This document shows, piece after piece, positions 39,401 to 51,714 of a DNA stretch of 64,000 nt. The notes beneath the pieces were generated by a model. It did no database searches, was not told the DNA's origin, and saw only the letters and a list, made by a program, of their open reading frames with translations. The first letter of the stretch is position 1. Each line of letters begins with the position of its first letter. The position numbers and the translations under genes were made by a program. This DNA comes from Lingula anatina (taxonomy: Eukaryota > Animalia > Brachiopoda), in assembly GCA_051362555.1 (NCBI GenBank), contig CM120640.1:48648788-48712787 (forward strand), written 5' to 3'.

Positions 39401-42400
39401 TACCTTTTGGCTTGAAAGTTACAGAACTGATGAATATTCATAATACGCAGGTCAAGTTCGAAAATCGGCATGATCGGGTCACTTATAGGGAATTTATGCT
39501 GTTTTTTCACTTTTTTCAGCATATATACAGCACTGATAACACGATAAGTGGAAAACCATTTTACTTTTTGGCTTAAAACTTACAGATCTGATGAATATTT
39601 ATAATACGCAGGTCAAGTTCGAAAATCAGCATGATCAGGCCATTTTTAGGGAAGTTATGCTGTTTTTTCACTTCTTTCAACATATATGCAACGCTAATAA
39701 CACAATATAAGAAAAACAGATAGGCCAATTGTCATTATACTCACAGGAGTAGTCAAACTAACTAAAACGCAGGTTGAGTTCCAAAATCAGCATAATCGGG
39801 CCATTCTTTTAGAAGTTATGCTGTTTTTTCTTATTTCCTCAGATTGAATTGTTAGGCATGTTAACAGTCTCATTATTGAACTAATAAGATATGTAAAAGT
39901 GTTTGTGTGACATTTCCTGCATCTTAATAACATTGTTAGTTGATTATGTAAAAATGATGGTAAACTTGTTATTGTGTATTATGTTATAAAGTGTCAAAAA
40001 TGGAAATAAACAAATATCATTGCAGTTTGTCAGATTCAATCATCTACTATATTCATTATCTCAGAATGGAGGAAATTGCACATTTAACACTGTTCTATTG
40101 ATATTTTTCCCATCCCATCAATTTTCTTAGTTGATCATATACAAATGGCAGAAAACTGTTTATTTTGTTTTATGTTAAAAAAGTGTTTTAAAAATGGAAG
40201 TAAACCCATTGCAGAACAGTGCTGTCTTGTTTCAGCATATATGCAGCACCGATAACAGGATAAGTGGAAAACCATTTTACCTTTTCCCTTGAAACTTACA
40301 AAACTGATGAATATTCATAATACGCAGGTCAAGTTCGAAAATCAGCATGATCAGGTCATTTTTAGGGAAGTAATGCTGTTTTTCACTTTTTTCACCATAT
40401 ATGCAACACTGATAACATGATAAGTGAAAAATCATTTTACCTTTTGGTTTCAAACTTACAGAACTGATGAATATTCATAATACCCAGGTCAAGTTTGAAA
40501 ATCAGTATGATTGGGTCATTTTTAGGGAAGTTATGCTGTTTTTCACTTTTTTCAGCATATATGCAACACTGATAACATGATAAGTGGAAAACCATTTAAC
40601 CTTTTGGTTTGAAACTTGCAGAACTAATGAATATTCATAATACGCAGGTCAAGTTTGAAAATCAGCATGATCGGGTCATTTTTAGGGAAGTAATGCTGTT
40701 TTTTCACTTTTTTCAGCATGTATGCAACACCTTTGTGCTATATGACGGTACTGTATGGATAGCAGTCTTTAAAATTATCCCTTGGGTGATCACTAATTAA
40801 ATTAAGGTCTATAAAGTCACTTGCCTACTCATTAATTGTACCACCAGCGTTAGCGCTGGCGGTACACATGGTTTCGGTCCCGTCCGGATCGTTCCGCCGG
40901 CTCCGCCGGACGGCTACCGTTACCGCTTCTCCTCCTAGACGGTAAGGGCCCCCGTACCCATCTCATGGATTTAGGTCACCTATAATCTCAACTCGTTCCA
41001 CGTAAAATTTGGGCTTTGTCGGTATTGGGGTCTGGGTGTGGCACTCATTACAATGCACCCTTGTCTAAAAATGGCAAAATTAAATGCTAATTATCTACCC
41101 TACGGAAGGAGTTATGGGAAAAATTTTTATAGACGGCTTTCCAAAAGTCATATGTGTAGATTTCAAATATACCCTTGGATTTGACCTTTGACCTTTACTT
41201 CAAGGTCAAATGGGCCAAAATTTTCAAAAAAATGAAATTTTTTACGAAAAAAAATTTTTTTGCCCTGTTATTCAGACACTACACAGACTTAACCAATAAT
41301 ATTATTGGAAAGTGTTACCCTTCAGGTCATCTTTCATCTCCATGAATTTGGGGTCAATCGGTGCATTTTCACGGGAGTAGCGGCCATAAGATACCGAAAC
41401 TGAAAACTGTCTCTAATTCAGGAACCGTTAATGCTAGAGACCCATTCTTTTTTGCATTTTGTAGAGCATGTTAAGCCCAACACTGGAGGTGGTCTCGGTT
41501 TTTTTGTATTCCATACGGTTTTCGAGTTACGCTGTATCAAAAAGTACATATTGGTGGTAAAAGCAAAATGTGCAGTACGGTAATGGATAATAAATTTTGA
41601 ACTCTGGAAAAATAAAGCATAAGGCTTGGCAAAGCAGACAACTTGTGTTCAAAAATGACATTATTTCATCAAATTTGAACTTCTGAAACTTCAGAGCACC
41701 TCCTATTTCAAGAATTTTGACCAAAATGACATTTTCTTTATTTTAATTAATTTTTTCTGTACGAAATTTAAGGCACATTATGGTAACTCCAAAATTATAA
41801 CATTTAGTCCCTTATATCTCCAAAACTGGCAGAGATAGGTCCATAGTTACTATTGAAGTTGAATAGGAAGTCATATACTGACTATCTTTCTGTGACCTTG
41901 AAATTGACCTTTGACCTACTTTTCACCATGAACTGAACTTTGCAAATTTTGCTTCCCTTTTATCTCCAAAACTGGCAGAGATAGGTCCATAGTTACTATT
42001 GAACTTGAATAGGAAGTCATATACTGGCAATCTAAATGTGATCTTAAAATTGACCTTTGACCTACTTTTCACCATGAACTGAACTTTGCAAATTTTGCTT
42101 CCCTTTTATCTCCAAAACTGGCAGAGATAGGTCCGTAGTTACTATTGAACTTGAAAAGAAAGTCATATATTGGCAATCTAAATGTGACCTTGAAATTTAC
42201 CTTTGACCTACTTTTCACCATGAATTGAACTTTGCAAATTTTGCTTTCCTTTTATCTCCAAAACTGGCAGAGATAGGTCCGTAGTTACTATTGAACTTGA
42301 ATAGGAAGTCATATACTGGCAATCTACATGTGACCTTAAAATTGACCTTTGACCAACTTTTCACCATGAATTGAACTTTGCAAATTTTGCTTTCCTTTTA

Positions 42401-45400
42401 TCTCCAAAACTGGCAGAGATAGGTCCGAAGTTACTATTGAACTTGAATAGGAAGTCATATACTGGCAATCTAAATGTGACCTTAAAATTGACCTTTGACC
42501 TACTTTTCACCATGAATTGAACTTTGCAAATTTTGCTTTCCTTTTATCTCCAAAACTGGCAGAGATAGGTCCGTAGTTACTATTGAACTTGAATAGGAAG
42601 TCATATACTGGCAATCTATATGTGACCTTAAAATTGACCTTTGACCTACTTTTCACCATGAACTGAACTTTGCAAATTTTTCTTCCCTTTTATCTCCAAA
42701 ACTGGCAGAGATAGGTCCATAGTTACTATTGAACTTGAATAGGAAGTCATATACTGGCAATCTAAATGTGATCTTAAAATTGACCTTTGACCTACTTTTC
42801 ACCATGAACTGAACTTTGCAAATTTTGCTTCCCTTTTATCTCCAAAACTGGCAGAGATAGGTCCGTAGTTACTATTGAACTTGAAAAGAAAGTCATATAT
42901 TGGCAATCTAAATGTGACCTTGAAATTTACCTTTGACCTACTTTTCACCATGAATTGAACTTTGCAAATTTTGCTTTCCTTTTATCTCCAAAACTGGCAG
43001 AGATAGGTCCGTAGTTACTATTGAACTTGAATAGGAAGTCATATACTGGCAATCTATATGTGACCTTAAAATTGACCTTTGACCTACTTTTCACCATGAA
43101 CTGAACTTTGCAAATTTTGCTTCCCTTTTATCTCCAAAACTGGCAGAGATAGGTCCATAGTTACTATTGAACTTGAATAGGAAGTCATATACTGGCAATC
43201 TAAATGTGACCTTAAAATTGACCTTTGACCTACTTTACACCATGAACTGAATTTTGCAAATTTTGCTTTTCTTTTATCTCCAAAACTGGCTGAGATAGGT
43301 CCATAGTTACTATTGAACTTGAATAGGAAGTCATATACTGGCAATCTATATGTGACCTTAAAATTGACCTTTGACCTACTTTTCACCATGAATTGAACTT
43401 TGCAAATTTTGCTTTCCTTTTATCTCCAAAACTGGCAGAGATAGGTCCGTAGTTACTATTGAACTTGAATAGGAAGTCATATACTGGCAATCTATATGTG
43501 ACCTTAAAATTGACCTTTGACCTACTTTTCACCATGAATTGAACTTTGCAAATTTTGCTTTCCTTTTATCTCCAAAACTGGCAGAGATAGGTCCGTAGTT
43601 ACTATTGAACTTGAATAGGAAGTCATATACTGGCAATCTATATGTGACCTTAAAATTGACCTTTGACCTACTTTTCACCATGAATTGAACTTTGCAAATT
43701 TTTCTTCCCTTTTATCTCCAAAACTGGCAGAGATAGGTCCATAGTTACTCTTGAACTTGAATAGGAAGTCATATACTGGCAATCTAAATGTGACCTTAAA
43801 ATTGACCTTTGACCTACTTTACACCATGAACTGAATTTTGCAAATTTTGCTTTTCTTTTATCTCCAAAACTGGCAGAGATAGGTCCGTAGTTACTATTGA
43901 ACTTGAATGGAAAGTCATATACTGGCAATCTAAATGTGACCTTAAAATTGACCTTTAACCTACTTTTCACCATGAATTGAACTTTGCAAATTTTGCTTTC
44001 CTTTTATCTCCAAAACTGGCAGAGATAGGTCCGTAGTTACTATTGAACTTGAATAGGAAGTCATATACTGGCAATCTATATGTGACCTTAAAATTGACCT
44101 TTGACCTACTTTTCACCATGAATTGAACTTTGCAAATTTTGCTTTCCTTTTATCTCCAAAACTGGCAGAGATAGGTCCGAAGTTACTATTGAACTTGAAT
44201 AGGAAGTCATATACTGGCAATCTATATGTGACCTTAAAATTGACCTTTGACCTACTTTTCACCATGAATTGATCTTTGCAAATTTTGCTTTCCTTTTATC
44301 TCCAAAACTGGCAGAGATAGGTCCGTAGTTACTATTGAACTTGAATAGGAAGTCATATACTGGCAATCTATATGTGACCTTAAAATTGACCTTTGACCTA
44401 CTTTTCACCATGAACTGAACTTTGCAAATTTTTCTTCCCTTTTATCTCCAAAACTGGCAGAGATAGGTCCATAGTTACTATTGAACTTGAATAGGAAGTC
44501 ATATACTGGCAATCTAAATGTGACCTTAAAATTGACCTTTGACCTACTTTTCACCATGAATTGATCTTTGCAAATTTTGCTTTCCTTTTATCTCCAAAAC
44601 TGGCAGAGATAGGTCCGTAGTTACTATTGAACTTGAATAGAAAGTCATATACTGGCAATCTAAATGTGACCTTAAAATTGACCTTTAACCTACTTTTCAC
44701 CATAAACTGAACTTTGCAAATTTTGCTTCCCTCTTATCTCCAAAACTGGCAGAGATAGGTCCATAGTTACTATTGAACTTGTATAGGAAGTCATATACTG
44801 GCAATCTAAATGTGACCTTAAAATTGACCTTTGACCTACTTTTCACCATGAACTGAACTTTGCAAATTTTGCTTTCCTTTTGTCTCCAAAACTGGCAGAG
44901 ATAGGTCCATAGTTACTCTTGAACTTGAATAGGAAGTCATATACTGGCAATTTACTGTGACCTTAAAATTGACCCTTGACCTATCTTACGAAGAACTTAA
45001 ATTTGATTGTACCATATGTATTTTTTGCAAAAGTTTAAAAATTCTTGTTGATTGCATTTTTACAGCTTGTCAAGCACAAAACTGGTGGCTGTGTCCCTTA
45101 TTTTGTGTATGTGGGGGTCTATACGAATGCGCTTGCTCCAGCTGGTGGTACAATATTCGGAGGCGGTATCGCCTCTCTGATCCTCTAGTTTTCAATTGGC
45201 CATTAAATGAGATTACATAAAACACTCCTTGAGATTTCCCTGTAAAGTCCCATAGGTTTAGCTCTCTTAACTGTGTCACAAAATTAGGATTTGGTGATAA
45301 TTGTGCAGATAAATGGTGTTTAACATTGCAAATAATTTACAACAAAAAGAATGTGTTATGCCAACATGCTATAGATGCATAACAGTGCTTTATTTTTCTC

Positions 45401-46459
45401 AAACTTGGTGGGGTTATTAATATCAAGTTAATACAGCTAGATTAAAAGTTTGAATAGCAGCTTTATTGGAATTTTTTACGTTTTATTTAAAATTTTTTTA
45501 AAATTATTTTTCAAACACTAGCATCTTCAAGATGTGATTTTATACTCCCATCCACCAGAAGTGCTGTGCATTTTCTGTATTTTTGTATATAATTGTTATT
45601 TCTTCAGATTTAATTCTTAGGCATGTTAACAGTCTCATTATGGAACTAATAAGATATGTAAAAGTGTTGTTTTGACATTTTCTGCTTCTTAACAATATTG
45701 TTTGTTGATTACATAAAAATGACGGTAAACCTGTTATAATATTGTGCATTGTGTAATAAAGTATCATAAATGGAAAGGAACTCATCATTGCAGTTTGTCA
45801 GATAATCATTCACTATGTTCAGCATCTGCAAATGGAGCAAATTGGACATTGAAAATTGTTCTATTGATATTTTTCCTATGTCAACAATTTTCCTAGTTGA
45901 ACATTTAAAAATGACAGTTTATTGATCATTTTGTTTTAAAAAAGGTGTTGAAAATGGAAAGAAAATCATTTCAGTACAGTTATCTCTTGTTTACATTTTG
46001 GCATTTTGAAAGTGTGACTCTGAACTTCCATGGCCTTGAAGACCTTCCCAAATCACATTTTCTGAATATTCATGATACTTTTATTTTTTTATAAAAAATT
46101 TGATGGTCATTATGCTGTTAAGTATTATGTTTTATTGCATGAAAGTTGAAGAAAACCCTATTTTGGACACTGCTGCCAGGATAGCGATTAAGGGAAAACC
46201 ATGTTACTTACGATACTGAAACTTAGTGAAAAGTTTCATAAGACAGAAGTGCGCAGCTTGTGTTTGAAAACCAATGTGATTGTTTTCTGTTTTGGAGGCA
46301 ATGCAGGTTTATAGAGTGCTATACTGGCATTTTCAAGTTTTGACTTATCACTCCCATCTGCCAGGAGCCCTGTACTCTTACTTTGTAACATTTTCTGTAT
46401 TTTGTTAAGTTACAAGAATGATTCTTAGGATTGACATACAGCCCAAAAAAAAAAAAAGA

Positions 46460-46504
<45 letters not shown>

Positions 46505-47175
46505 GAGTTTAAGCAATTTTTTTTTTTTGTGTGTAATTTTCACTGTACCTCATTCTGGCATTTCCAAAGTTTAACTCTTATCAGCCTGACACCTTAGGGA
46601 CTATTTCCAGACCCTATCACGCTAACTGTGGATCGATCTATCTCCATGGGAATTCTCGCTAAATTGCAATCAATGTAAGTGGCTTAGTTGTCTCTCACGC
46701 CTACTGAAACTGGCATGCCAGAATCCTAAGACTCTCAAACTGAAAGCAATTTAGTGAGAAACCCCTTGGAGTTGGATTGATCCTGTTAGATTGATCTAGG
46801 TATGGGAACTTAGTCTGATGCTTGATACACATTTTACTTTCATCCTAATCCAGTGTTATGCAGAATAAGAATTTGATGTTGGCTATGCAGTTACAGTAAG
46901 CATAATACATTAGTTCATCAGAATTGACAGTATCCTATTTCCTGCGTTTTTATTTTCTGGTTTTTGTCTGTACATTTGACAGCTTTGCTGCCTTGTTCAA
47001 ATTGGAGAATCGTTGTCACCTGTTAGAAGTTCATAGATTCCCTTTTCCATCTTTGTATCCCAAGGTGGCAGGATTTGGAAAAGCTTAGTGTAGTTTTCAA
47101 TGTACTGTTCTTAACCATGTGGTTCTGCTTCTTTTTTAGGTTGCTTCAGCCAAGATGGGAGACCAGGTTTCATAA
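36492..47175 (+). CDS. ATP6V0B: V-type proton ATPase 21 kDa proteolipid subunit c'' (205 aa, 7 coding exons)
   Basis: Exons 36492-36552, 37483-37531, 37750-37833, 38063-38210, 38471-38519, 38789-38979, 47140-47175 total 618 nt. Translation: [102 protein letters not shown]...[48 protein letters not shown]. Hallmark c'' motifs and the essential Glu (FCEAV) are present. Confidence 0.97.
39210..40730 (+). repeat. ~160-161-bp tandem repeat of the outer element: 4 copies (last diverged) plus 3 copies, interrupted at ~39835-40235
   Basis: Units begin accgataacacgataagtggaaaa (or variants) at 39210, 39371, 39532, 39693 and 40248, 40408, 40568. Shared core gaactgatgaatattcataatacgcaggtcaagttcgaaaatcagcatgatcgggtca. 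Confidence 0.92.
40835..45188 (+). mobile_element. Inner (nested) non-autonomous Helentron/HINE element carrying a satellite-like array
   Basis: Perfect 14-bp subTIRs ATTGTACCACCAGC (40835-40848) and GCTGGTGGTACAAT (45142-45155). 5' hairpin tgtaccaccagcg-ttag-cgctggcggtaca, then a CCG-rich microsatellite-like tract. 3' hairpin GAGGCG-gtat-CGCCTC (45161-45176), ending CTAG before a T-run. Confidence 0.88.
41815..44982 (+). repeat. 146-bp tandem array, ~21.7 highly similar copies
   Basis: Unit tatctccaaaactggcagagataggtcc[ag]tagttactattgaacttgaataggaagtcatatactggcaatctaaatgtgaccttaaaattgacctttgacctacttttcaccatgaa... recurs at 41815, 41961, ... 44881 (21 x 146). Confidence 0.98.
46466..46502. 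repeat. (TA)n microsatellite
   Basis: About 18 consecutive TA units. Confidence 0.9.
46630..46783. repeat. 38-bp imperfect inverted repeat (small MITE relic or RNA stem)
   Basis: ggatcgatctatctccatgggaattctcgctaaattgc (46630-46667) pairs with gcaatttagtgagaaaccccttggagttggattgatcc (46746-46783): 31 Watson-Crick pairs, 3 G-T pairs, 4 mismatches. Confidence 0.7.
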
Positions 47176-48278
47176 TCCAGCACTGTGTAAGTTCCAGACT
47201 GTAAAATTATGAAACGGTGAAGACTGAAACTTAAACCAAGAAAGATGGACGCTGTACATGTGTAGAAAAACTGACCCAAGATATGTGTTAAATGACTTTG
47301 AAATATATTATATTCACTTAGGTAAATGGTAAAGGTGCTGTCGTCAGTAAATGTGACTATTGTGTTTCATGAAATTATCCATGGTGAAAGTAATGGAATA
47401 GAAAGGAATGGTTATTAGCAGAAGTACATCATGGACTTTGATTACATATTCTTTTTGAAACAGCTGGCTTTAATATTGTAAATTGATTGGAAATTGCTTT
47501 ATATGTTTCCTGACTGAAATTGTGATTAATTATTTGTTTTTGAAGTCTTTGTTTAGCAAAGCTCCAGTGTAAATGTATATGTGTTGTAAATAAGAAATCT
47601 TCACAGTTAGATTAGTGGGAGGTTGTAACATCCCTGTTTTGATGTCACTTGCAGAGATAAGTGGAAAGATGTTGCAAAACAGAGTATTTAATATGTACCA
47701 ATATATAAAGTCTCTATGGGCAGATTGGAAATAAATTGTTATATCACCTTGGAAGTCTTGATATATGTGGATTGATTTCCAAATGCATTTTCAATCAGAG
47801 TATGCCATATTAATTGAAATTGTTTGCTGAGAATCTATTCTTGATTTTATTTACATAAAGCATATAATGTTCATTTTTCTTCTAAGACTTGATGTGAATG
47901 ACATTGTGTTAGGTAGCACAGTCACTTGTTTGCTTTAAGTAACAAGGCTTGCAGATCTAAATTAGAACTGAAAGGTTTTCATTCATTATAAAATAAAAAA
48001 AGGTAAAATATTGGTACATAGGACCTTTCTGTTTGCATTATTGTGTCACTGAATTAACATGCCGAATTTCAGCACCCAGTTTGTGTCACTAGTTCTGGAA
48101 ACACTTTCATCTCTAAGCACCTCGACACTAAGGACCATTATTTATTTAACCTGTTAGTGCTAATTGTTAAAACTGACTGTCATTTTCAAACTGCTGTTTT
48201 CTTCTGTAAAAAGAATTGGATTTCCTTTCTTCACTGAAATCTTAAGAATATGATAAACTCCACGTCTTTCTTTAATAG

Positions 48279-51200
48279 CTAGGTAGTTTTGTACCTTGGG
48301 GAACCATAGCGTTCTCTCCGTAACTGATCAACTGTCTTTTCCAAGTCCCTCTGAAAGGAATTTTTCCAGTAAGCCCGTTTCATATTTGGTGGGCTTCTTG
48401 TATTGGTACGTCTGGAGTGTTTCTTTGGCTTTGGTGATCCTTGGGGATGTGGAACACTTATATGACTGGTTCCTGTTCCCGTAGTACTTGTCCCTGCTTT
48501 TGGCTCTTTGGAAATTTTTGGAATAGAAGGTTCCTGGTAGATATCTTCTCGCATGAGATTTTCTGCTGTTAGGACTTCAAACTTGCCAGACTGAAATTTA
48601 AATATGGACATTTTGATTTCTTTGGTAATTTTGAAAGGAATAAACATTAGTATATGATTTAATAATAATCATATATTAAATGCCTTTGCAAGTGAGTCAA
48701 ATGTAATTTAAAACTGAAATTATATTTATGCCATATTTATATAGTAAATTAAATTTTACCCTGTTTAAAGACTTTGTGTCATATTCATCATATGAGGTAT
48801 CAGGGTCTTCTTTTACCATCTTCTGGATTTTTTTGCAAATCACACTGCCGTCTTGGTGTTCTGTGAAGCTGTTGAGTATCATAATACTCTAAACAGATCA
48901 AAGGTATGAATTTTTAATTTACTATCTGTGACCAAAGTGCATACATTTGTGTTTAAACAGTGCCTTTGTATGTTAATTTTTTTTGACTGCATGTTGGAGT
49001 AAATAATAAATTTACATAAATTCAGGATGTTATTAACAAAATAATGTTTTCATCAGATTAAACTCTGGATGTTTAACAATGTAAGGACTTGCAACTGACT
49101 GTAGCCTAAACAGAAAAATTATGAGATGCTAGATACGCTTGGAAATGACTTTATTCCCTATCAGGTACACCACTTGACCTACCAGGTAGAATCCTACTGC
49201 TGACCCTATAGCATACCCAGCTAATATGTCTGGCCAGTGGTTTCTGTGATGACCTATCCTGGACAGACCAGCCAACAAAGCAGCAATGATCAGTGACAGT
49301 GTGAAGAAAGGGCGTAGGAGTCGTACTTGATGTGTGTTAATAGAATTGTGAATGTACACCTGCAATTGATGAATGGTAGAACTTGTTTTACGGATTCCAG
49401 TGAAGAGTAATTACAAATGCAATGAAAATCACTTTGTTATGCATGTATGAGAAAAAAAAATTAAAGTCTTAAAATATCTTAGAAAATTGTCATTGTTATT
49501 TATTTGACAAGTTTCAAAAAGAATAATGTTGTTTCTAAACCTATACTTACGGATGTGAATACTGCAGCAAATGAGGTAACAGATGCATGCAATGATGGAA
49601 AAGACAACCTAAAAGGCAATAATGGGATTTCCATAATGGCATGTATGCCTGCTTTTTTACTGCATGTACATTTCTGGCATGCCCTCTCTATAACGTTATC
49701 TTTAAAAAATTGATAACTACTGGTTGCAAATGCTTTCTATAAATTATACATATACAGATAAAAATCAGATGAAGCCCTTATGCCAGGGGAAAAAATCCAC
49801 AAATCATGGTATGACCCCTGTTATCCTTTAAATTGTATATCACTAACAAATTATAAATACAGTAAATGTAACAATAATTATATTTTCACATAAAGTCATA
49901 AAATGTACTAGTATGCCATACCTAGCATCTCTTAGCATTTCAATATTTTTCTCTGTGCATACTTCCAGGCCCACATTATCGCTAGTACAATTCTTGAGTG
50001 GTTTACATACTGCCAGGAAGTTGGGTCGGAGTGTTCCAGCCATTGTCTTGGTCACATCTGTCACAACCATGGTGGCTAAACACCCAAACATGTGGACTCC
50101 TGAAATGGCCAATTTTTGGTGAAATTGCTGACAAATAAACCCCCTGCAAGACTAAAATATAGAAGAAATTGTTGAGGATCCAGAGACAATTACTACTGAC
50201 ATCAGAATGATCTACAAAAGACGTTAAAATAATAATTTAATAAATGGTCCTTGGTGCATTTTTGAAATTACCATTAGACATGGAATGTTTCAATCTTTTC
50301 TCTTGACAGATCAATGTTCAAATTATCATTTTAGTGATTCACAACAGTAGGAAATGCTTATAGGTATGTGTAACAAACGCATATAAATACTTAACCAAAC
50401 TTACATTTTAATACAAATTATATCTTACCTACAAACCTCAGCATGCGCCTGAACATTTGAGGCAATTTAAACTGTTTGCACATGGCATACACAACTTTGT
50501 GCTCTCTGCCATTGAGTAACCACATGGCAGACTCACCAATGCCTATCTGAGGAAATGTAAGTTAAGATCATAAAAAATATCATAATTATACATTAATGTT
50601 CCCAAGCTGTTCTTAAATGCAAGGCTACATAGTAGTGAATAGTTCTCACTTACAGTACATTAAATATTATTTTTGACTTGTATTGACATCTTTGAAAAAA
50701 ATCAATTTTCATAACCAGGAGAATTCTATACAACCACGCAAAACTAATACTAGTGATAAACAACATGCTCCTATTTGGCTGTAGGATTCATAAAGATTTT
50801 TATAATTAATCTAAATAAAATGAAATAAAAAACAGTGCTTTCAGTGTGGGTGGAGGGGGGGGGGAGGCAGTAGCTAGGTTTAAGATCTGAAGCTCTTATG
50901 TTCAGAGGTGCTTTTAATTGTCCTTGATCAGTTCAAAACAAGGCAGTTGCTGTCAGAAAACGGCTAATTTTTAGCCAGTGAACCTTTGGACTGTCTGGAA
51001 ACACCATTCCCTGGGGATGTGCGGCTTGTACATCTGCTTTAATATCGCATGTCACTGTTCAACAAAGCAACCCTACTCACCATTATAGTAGGTATCAGAA
51101 AACAAGCTCCTAACATAAGTGCCTCTGAAACATTTGCCTCCAGAGCAAACTGAGAGAAGGCCTGTCTGCCATCAACTGCATGTGATATGCTGGGGTCTAG

Positions 51201-51714
51201 ACAAGAGAAATTCTGCTGTCTCACTGGAAATGCTGTGGTCCACCTAGCGACAGATGTTCGGCAGTAATTATTTATAAAATTTTATAACAATAAAAGCTGA
51301 ATATGATTTTGTTCACCAACTACCAACTAGGTGAAACTTGACCACAGCCTCAAGGTCAGCAGGCTGTCACAATTTTATTGACGTAATTCAATAGAAAATA
51401 TGCAAGTTCAATATGTTAAAGAAAAGTTGTAGTATACTATAGTGTTGACGTTATTCATACCTGAGGAAGTATTCCAAAATGGCCACAAACACCATAATTA
51501 AAAACTCCACAATGAATATGAAGATTATGTAGGTATTGACTCTCTTGTGACTGGTAGTGTAGGTGGCAGTGTCAGAGCTGCTGTCTGCATTATCATATAT
51601 CCCCATACTCTCTCTGTACTGCCTTAGCAGGCCCTGATACTTCCCTAAACTGGCAGTAAAATCAGATGGGAGAGAACCCTGACGTAAATCGTGAGACTGA
51701 GTATGACGGACCAT
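48279..51714 (-). CDS. Phospholipid phosphatase-related (PLPPR/PRG-like, PAP2 superfamily) membrane protein, ~462 aa, probable pseudo-phosphatase
   Basis: Exons 51714-51461, 51243-51081, 50546-50429, 50099-49922, 49608-49551, 49359-49183, 48888-48760, 48590-48279 (1389 nt, phases consistent; in-frame TAA immediately before the ATG). PAP2 motifs: C1 KTMAGTLRPNFLAVCKP, C2 RLSFPSLHA, C3 SRIGHHRNHWPDILAG. Also FSCLDPSIS in the first loop and a long hydrophilic C-tail. Confidence 0.9.

Larger units (their letters stand above)
39123..46997 (+). mobile_element. Outer non-autonomous Helentron/HINE-type element filling the last ATP6V0B intron
   Basis: Inserted after a T-run. 5' palindrome ATGTACAGACAC-agat-GTGTCTGTACAT (39123-39150) followed by a GTC/GCC microsatellite. 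Matching subterminal inverted repeat TGTCTGTACAT at 46965-46975, then a short hairpin gacagc-ttt-gctgcc and ttgtt. This is the established DINE-1/pearl/HINE layout. The right end is less certain than the left. Confidence 0.7.

Noticed and set aside
43084-43973. Two near-identical 101-aa ORFs (43084-43389, 43668-43973)
   Set aside because: They are read-throughs of the 146-bp tandem repeat, produced by the 584-bp duplication; no coding signal.
41815-44982. CRISPR-like appearance of the regular array
   Set aside because: No unique spacers, whole units repeat, eukaryotic intron context and no cas genes.
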